Origin: a virus
Lineage: Duplodnaviria; Caudoviricetes
Direction: 5' to 3' (one strand)
Length of the DNA: 29,953 nt
Virus record (IMG/VR): IMGVR_UViG_3300042399_000080
Location: 1 to 29,953 of that record
A model generated the notes under the pieces. That model made no database searches. It worked only from the letters and a program-made list of their open reading frames with translations, and had not been told where the DNA came from. Below, piece after piece: positions 26,434 through 29,953 of the stretch (its first letter is position 1; every line of letters starts with the position of its first letter). A program made the position numbers and the translations under genes.

Positions 26434-26489
26434 TTTCATATTGGAGAACTTAGGTTTAACCCTCGCTATTTCCATAGTGGGGGTTTTTT
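26434..26489 (+). ncRNA. Putative ~55-nt small RNA antisense to translation start regions
   Basis: Promoter box, about 24 nt single-stranded segment (TTTCATATTGG...GGTTT), 12-bp hairpin plus T tract. Confidence 0.55.
26458..26489 (+). terminator. Intrinsic terminator 2
   Basis: AACCCTCGCTAT-TTCC-ATAGTGGGGGTT (12 bp with 2 G-U) plus T tract. Confidence 0.85.
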
Positions 26490-26520
26490 ATCGCTCATAT
26501 AAAGTTCAGTTATCGCTCAT
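26488..26520. repeat. 11-bp direct repeat TTATCGCTCAT x2, 22-bp period
   Basis: Copies at 26488-26498 and 26510-26520. Confidence 0.85.
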
Positions 26521-26591
26521 TATAGGCACTAATACTACCATTTATCCCTATTATTTGCCGTTCATCACATTTATTTAAAATAATTGGCTTG

Positions 26592-26625
26592 TTTGATAAA
26601 GTTATAAGGTTTTACCCTATCTTTG
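26592..26625 (+). promoter_or_regulatory. Putative early promoter
   Basis: TTTG (26592-26595) and TATCTTTG (26618-26625) ahead of the small-gene cluster. Confidence 0.65.
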
Positions 26626-26645
26626 AATCCTAAACCAAAAGCAAT

Positions 26646-26837
26646 ATGATATTCAATTTTAAAAATGCAACACCATTGCAAGAATTAAATGCTTATAAAA
26701 ATGGTAAGCATATAAATTTAAAACTATACAATAAAGCATTATCATATTTGAATAATGGGTATAGTTACCAATTGGTAGTAGATAGTTCTAAAGAGCCAAT
26801 AAAAGTATTAAAAGTTATTAAAGGAAATAAATTTTAA
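26646..26837 (+). CDS. Hypothetical early protein
   Basis: 63-aa ORF after promoter; TAAACCAAAAGCAATATG leader. Confidence 0.55.
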   Translation: MIFNFKNATPLQELNAYKNGKHINLKLYNKALSYLNNGYSYQLVVDSSKEPIKVLKVIKGNKF

Positions 26838-26853
26838 ACCAAAACAAACCAAT

Positions 26854-26982
26854 ATGAACAGACTAAAAACTCCACAAGAGAAAGCAAACGAACGCTACAA
26901 AGCTGAAAGCATCAAACCGCTTTACGCATTTATTATTGTATGCGTGGCATTTTTAATTACCGCAATCCTTCAAAACATTTAA
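26854..26982 (+). CDS. Small early membrane protein (42 aa)
   Basis: MNRLKTPQEKANERYKAESIKPLYAFIIVCVAFLITAILQNI; A/C-rich leader. Confidence 0.6.
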   Translation: MNRLKTPQEKANERYKAESIKPLYAFIIVCVAFLITAILQNI

Positions 26983-26985
26983 CCT

Positions 26986-27216
26986 ATGAAAACACCAATG
27001 CAATTACTATTAGAGTACATTAAAACTGCTCACACCTTTACATTCCTTCCAGAACAATTAGCTAAAACTATTGAAGAAAAGTATTTGCCAATGGAAAAAG
27101 CTGATTTAAGAAATGCTTTTGATAATGGGGAAATAAACGTATGGAACGGCAAAAGAGATGAATCTTTTGAATTTGAAGGTGGTATGGACTATTTTAACAA
27201 AACCTATAAAAACTAA
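26986..27216 (+). CDS. Hypothetical protein
   Basis: 76 aa; MKTPMQ.L...MEK.....AF..G...YFNKTYK is a pattern I associate with Bacteroidota phage small proteins. Confidence 0.65.
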   Translation: MKTPMQLLLEYIKTAHTFTFLPEQLAKTIEEKYLPMEKADLRNAFDNGEINVWNGKRDESFEFEGGMDYFNKTYKN

Positions 27217-27219
27217 TTT

Positions 27220-27387
27220 ATGAACGCAATTGAAACCTTTATTTACACATTAGAAACTAAACTAAAGACAATGCCAAGTGGCTATGTAAAAGAAACAGTA
27301 ACCGCCTGTAAGGAATTAGCCGAAGGCATAAAAGAAATCTATGAAAACCCTAATAACAACATTAGTAACGAATCAAATCAAGACTAA
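27220..27387 (+). CDS. Hypothetical protein (55 aa)
   Basis: MNAIETFIYTLETKLKTMPSGYVKETVTACKELAEGIKEIYE...; fills gap, ATG 3 nt after upstream stop. Confidence 0.55.
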   Translation: MNAIETFIYTLETKLKTMPSGYVKETVTACKELAEGIKEIYENPNNNISNESNQD

Positions 27388-27559
27388 CCTACAAACCGAA
27401 GCTGACTCTAAAGGCATAACATTAAGCAAGTTGGTTTATAAAATCCTAAAACAATATGAGCAAACTAATCTATCAAGAGAAACAACTAAAGTTGCACAAA
27501 AGAGCAACAATCCTACTGGAACTGCTAAAACAAGCACAGGGAAGGCAAAATCTATTTGA
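27341..27559 (+). CDS. Ribbon-helix-helix-like regulator
   Basis: LITTLV strand then KTNLQTEADSKGITLSKLVYKIL helices (CopG/Arc-like); C-terminus overlaps the next gene. Confidence 0.5.
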   Translation: MKTLITTLVTNQIKTNLQTEADSKGITLSKLVYKILKQYEQTNLSRETTKVAQKSNNPTGTAKTSTGKAKSI

Positions 27560-27752
27560 GGCTGATCTTGCTGAATGGAGGCGAGGTTTGGATGATACAA
27601 GAACAATGATTAGCGAGGAAGATTTACTAATTAAGATTGCAAGGATGAATGACATCCAGCGCAGAATCCTTAAAAGCTACCATTACTTGATTCTGGACCT
27701 TTATACCTTAACAGAGGACTTTATGTTACCAATAAACCTTTTACATTTTTAA
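27456..27752 (+). CDS. Hypothetical protein
   Basis: 98-aa helical ORF, AAAACAATATG start. Confidence 0.6.
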   Translation: MSKLIYQEKQLKLHKRATILLELLKQAQGRQNLFEADLAEWRRGLDDTRTMISEEDLLIKIARMNDIQRRILKSYHYLILDLYTLTEDFMLPINLLHF

Positions 27753-27753
27753 T

Positions 27754-27954
27754 ATGAAAGCAAAACAAAAAGCAGAATATTTATATAATCAAATGTATAA
27801 TCAAAGACAAATTGGTCCAGAAGCAGCTAAACAATGTGCATTGATATTAGTAAGTGAATTAATAAAGGAAAATTTACGATATGATTATATTCCTTTTGAA
27901 GATAGTAGGTCAGCATTTTATTTAGAGGTAGAAAAAGAACTTAATAAGCTATGA
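27754..27954 (+). CDS. Hypothetical protein
   Basis: 66 aa; KQKA..L...AKQCALI.V.E...EVEKEL.KL; coupled to the next gene. Confidence 0.65.
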   Translation: MKAKQKAEYLYNQMYNQRQIGPEAAKQCALILVSELIKENLRYDYIPFEDSRSAFYLEVEKELNKL

Positions 27955-28388
27955 AAGAAGTACACAAAACGTATATGGCAGAACTTGAAATAGAGGTTTT
28001 GCGAGATAAGAACAAAGAACTAAAAAAAGAAATAAACAGGTTAAAAGACCTATTAGATCAACATTTAAACATAAAAACAACAAGAATGGACAAAGAACAA
28101 CAAAAGGAGTATGCGGTGGAAATAGCCGAAAAAGTGTGTAATTACTATCAGATTAAATATGGACAAATGATGTCCAAATATAGAGGCGAGGAGGTTACTT
28201 TAGCAAGGCAAATGACAATGTACTTGACTAAGGAAAAAACCGAATTAAATGGCGAGGAAATAGCACAAATCTTCAATAGGGATAGAACAACAGTTTTGCA
28301 CTCAATCCAAAAGATTAGGGGTCAATTGTCAAATAAGTTTGATGATACCATAAAAAAGGATGTTTTCAACTTAAATGTGCTTATTTAA
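27951..28388 (+). CDS. Protein with DnaA C-terminal (domain IV) HTH and N-terminal coiled coil
   Basis: VTLARQMTMYL...EIAQIFNRDRTTVLHSIQKI matches the DnaA domain IV signature; no AAA+ domain. Confidence 0.85.
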   Translation: MKEVHKTYMAELEIEVLRDKNKELKKEINRLKDLLDQHLNIKTTRMDKEQQKEYAVEIAEKVCNYYQIKYGQMMSKYRGEEVTLARQMTMYLTKEKTELNGEEIAQIFNRDRTTVLHSIQKIRGQLSNKFDDTIKKDVFNLNVLI

Positions 28389-28420
28389 TTTGGTTATTAA
28401 CACCAAAGTAGTTAATTTTA
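28389..28420 (+). promoter_or_regulatory. Possible promoter with overlapping inverted repeat upstream of bet
   Basis: TTTG (28389-28392), 20 nt, TAATTTTA (variant -7); TTTGGT-N7-ACCAAA palindrome at 28389-28407. Confidence 0.45.
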
Positions 28421-28439
28421 AACTCTAAAACCAACCAAT

Positions 28440-29156
28440 ATGAACGAACAACAACTGGCTAAAAAGCCACAACTTTCGTACACGAAAGATCAAGTAGAGT
28501 TAGTAAAATCGCAGATTGCTCCAGAGGCAACAGTTGATGAACTAAAACTCTTTCTTTATCAAGCACAAAGAACAGGACTTGATGCATTATCAAGGCAGAT
28601 TTATTGCATCCATCGTAATGTAAAAACGCAAAACGGATGGTCTAAAAAAATGACCATTCAAACGAGCATTGATGGATTCCGAGTAATCGCTGAAAGAAGC
28701 GGAAACTATGGTGGACAAAGTGAACCTGTATTTGTAGAACAAGATGGTAAGTTAATTTCTTGCAAGGTATCTGTATTTAGATTTCACGGCGATTTAAGGT
28801 ATGAAGCAGCCGTTGGAGTAGCTTATTGGGATGAATATTGCCAACGAACAAACGAAGGCAAACCAATGGGTTTATGGGCGAAGATGCCACATACAATGTT
28901 AAGTAAAGTTGCAGAAGCATTAGCTTTAAGAAAGGCTTACCCACAAGATTTAAGTGGACTTTATACAGGTGATGAAATGGCGCAAAGTGATGAAAAACCA
29001 GCATACATTAAAACGCACGATAATCTTGATGACTTGGAGTTAGCTATTGACTTATGCATTAGCACAAACGAATTGGCTGAACTTTACACATTGAATCAAG
29101 AATTAGCCGACAAAGAAGTAACTAAATTATTTACCAAGAAAAAACAAACTTTATGA
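28440..29156 (+). CDS. bet: Bet/RecT-family single-strand annealing protein
   Basis: ELKLFL.QA.RTGLD..RQIY, SIDGFRVIAERSG.Y.G, W.KMP.TML.KVAEALALRKAYP..LSGLY..DEM. Confidence 0.9.
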   Translation: MNEQQLAKKPQLSYTKDQVELVKSQIAPEATVDELKLFLYQAQRTGLDALSRQIYCIHRNVKTQNGWSKKMTIQTSIDGFRVIAERSGNYGGQSEPVFVEQDGKLISCKVSVFRFHGDLRYEAAVGVAYWDEYCQRTNEGKPMGLWAKMPHTMLSKVAEALALRKAYPQDLSGLYTGDEMAQSDEKPAYIKTHDNLDDLELAIDLCISTNELAELYTLNQELADKEVTKLFTKKKQTL

Positions 29157-29398
29157 CACCATTAACAAGATTATGGGATTTAAGAGAGGAAGTTAAGTTC
29201 TGGAATTACAAAGTAGATACAAGCTATCCTCAAAACGCAAGTGAAATGATTCATCAATTAAATTTAGCTAAGTATAAACTTAAACTACATAAACTAAAAT
29301 ATTTCCCAGAGTTATTAGATCAACCTAAAAGGGATTATGTTCCTTATCAAATGTTAGCTGATAAATTTGAAGTATTTGAAAACTATTTAAACGATTAA
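29153..29398 (+). CDS. Hypothetical protein
   Basis: 81 aa, ATGA-coupled to bet. Confidence 0.6.
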   Translation: MTPLTRLWDLREEVKFWNYKVDTSYPQNASEMIHQLNLAKYKLKLHKLKYFPELLDQPKRDYVPYQMLADKFEVFENYLND

Positions 29399-29400
29399 CT

Positions 29401-29568
29401 ATGCCTTATTCAACTTGCTGCGGCGCATATACCGATATGGATGAAATCGGAATTTGTCCAGATTGTTTAGAACATTGCGATTGGGAGGATGAAGAAGATG
29501 AGGAAGAATTAGAACAAGATAGACAAAACGAAATAGCATTAGAACAAGAACAATTAAATAAACATTAA
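29401..29568 (+). CDS. Small Cys-rich, highly acidic protein (55 aa)
   Basis: MPYSTCCGAYTDMDEIGICPDCLEHCDWEDEEDEEELEQ...; AACTATG start. Confidence 0.65.
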   Translation: MPYSTCCGAYTDMDEIGICPDCLEHCDWEDEEDEEELEQDRQNEIALEQEQLNKH

Positions 29569-29578
29569 ACTTAAAACA

Positions 29579-29851
29579 ATGATTGTATTAAACATTTGCA
29601 AAGAGGAAATTAACTGGAAAGAAGCTAAAAACGGCAAACACTACGCAAACGTAGCTACTGACTTCTTAAAGCAACCAGATGACAAAGGAAACACGCACAC
29701 AGTATGGAACAACCAAACAATGGAGGAACGAGCAGAAAAGGCTAAGAAAAACTACTGCGGTAGAGGTAAGCAAGTTTCTTATAACGCACCAACAGGTAAA
29801 AAGGAATTTGCCGTAAACCAACAGGAAAGCGAAGATGATTTACCATTCTAA
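29579..29851 (+). CDS. SSB-like protein
   Basis: Acidic C-terminal EDDLPF tail; close to bet; beta-rich N-terminus. Confidence 0.65.
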   Translation: MIVLNICKEEINWKEAKNGKHYANVATDFLKQPDDKGNTHTVWNNQTMEERAEKAKKNYCGRGKQVSYNAPTGKKEFAVNQQESEDDLPF

Positions 29852-29953
29852 AACAACCCCTCGTTGGGCGATAACGTTAAGCGCAAATTTAAAAACTACA
29901 ACTATGAGCCAAAACCAACAAATCGCAAACTACCTAAATAAAGGTAGAAAGTT
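29787..29953. repeat. Right copy of imperfect 167-bp terminal repeat
   Basis: Matches 1-167 with 5 mismatches. Confidence 0.95.

Noticed and set aside
26357-26439. Minus-strand micro-ORFs MKAKDI and MNEQLFRTIL with good start contexts
   Set aside because: Only 6 and 10 codons; the promoter box and both T-tailed terminators point in the + direction. Kept only as the alternative explanation for the antisense units.
26376-26570. Possible mini-CRISPR or repeat-spacer array
   Set aside because: The hairpins are not sequence repeats, the only direct repeat is 11 bp x2, and no cas-like gene is present.
144-29004. All minus-strand ORFs in the track, and the + strand alternate-frame ORFs 8762-8953 and 12899-13120
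   Set aside because: They overlap well-supported + strand genes, show no recognisable motifs and read like shadow frames.
1-29953. tRNA genes or stop-codon reassignment
   Set aside because: No cloverleaf or T-loop motifs seen in the gaps; genes are full-length under the standard code and use TAA, TGA and TAG as stops.

Overview
This window is an apparently complete ~29.8 kb tailed-phage genome with siphovirus gene order and an HK97-fold capsid. Its ends overlap by an imperfect 167-bp repeat, giving a unit length of ~29,786 bp. All credible genes are on the + strand. The host is inferred to be a Bacteroidota bacterium: TAnnTTTG (-7) promoter boxes sit before many genes and starts are A-rich without Shine-Dalgarno motifs. 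Modules in order: replication/recombination (HTH, HNH, DUF1376-type initiator, NinG), ParB-like protein plus C5 methyltransferase, terminase, head, tail, a 1427-aa tail fibre, lysis, a DnaQ-like exonuclease, a non-coding control region (~26.38-26.64 kb), and early genes (RHH, DnaA domain-IV protein, Bet/RecT, SSB-like). I recognised no integrase, polymerase or helicase. The most unusual signals are non-coding. (1) Two terminator-capped RNA segments at 26376-26489 are antisense to start-codon regions of the phage's own early genes, including a perfect 14-nt match across the bet start. (2) A promoter-driven leader at 325-414 has two hairpins with perfectly complementary 7-nt loops, upstream of the replication genes. 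Other points: three promoters positioned for leaderless mRNAs, a tail-chaperone frameshift needing +1/-2 rather than -1, a lysis-cassette membrane protein dense in Bacteroidota O-glycosylation sequons, and a motif-avoidance signature that the tail-fibre gene breaks. Family assignments come from motif recognition by eye, not database searches.
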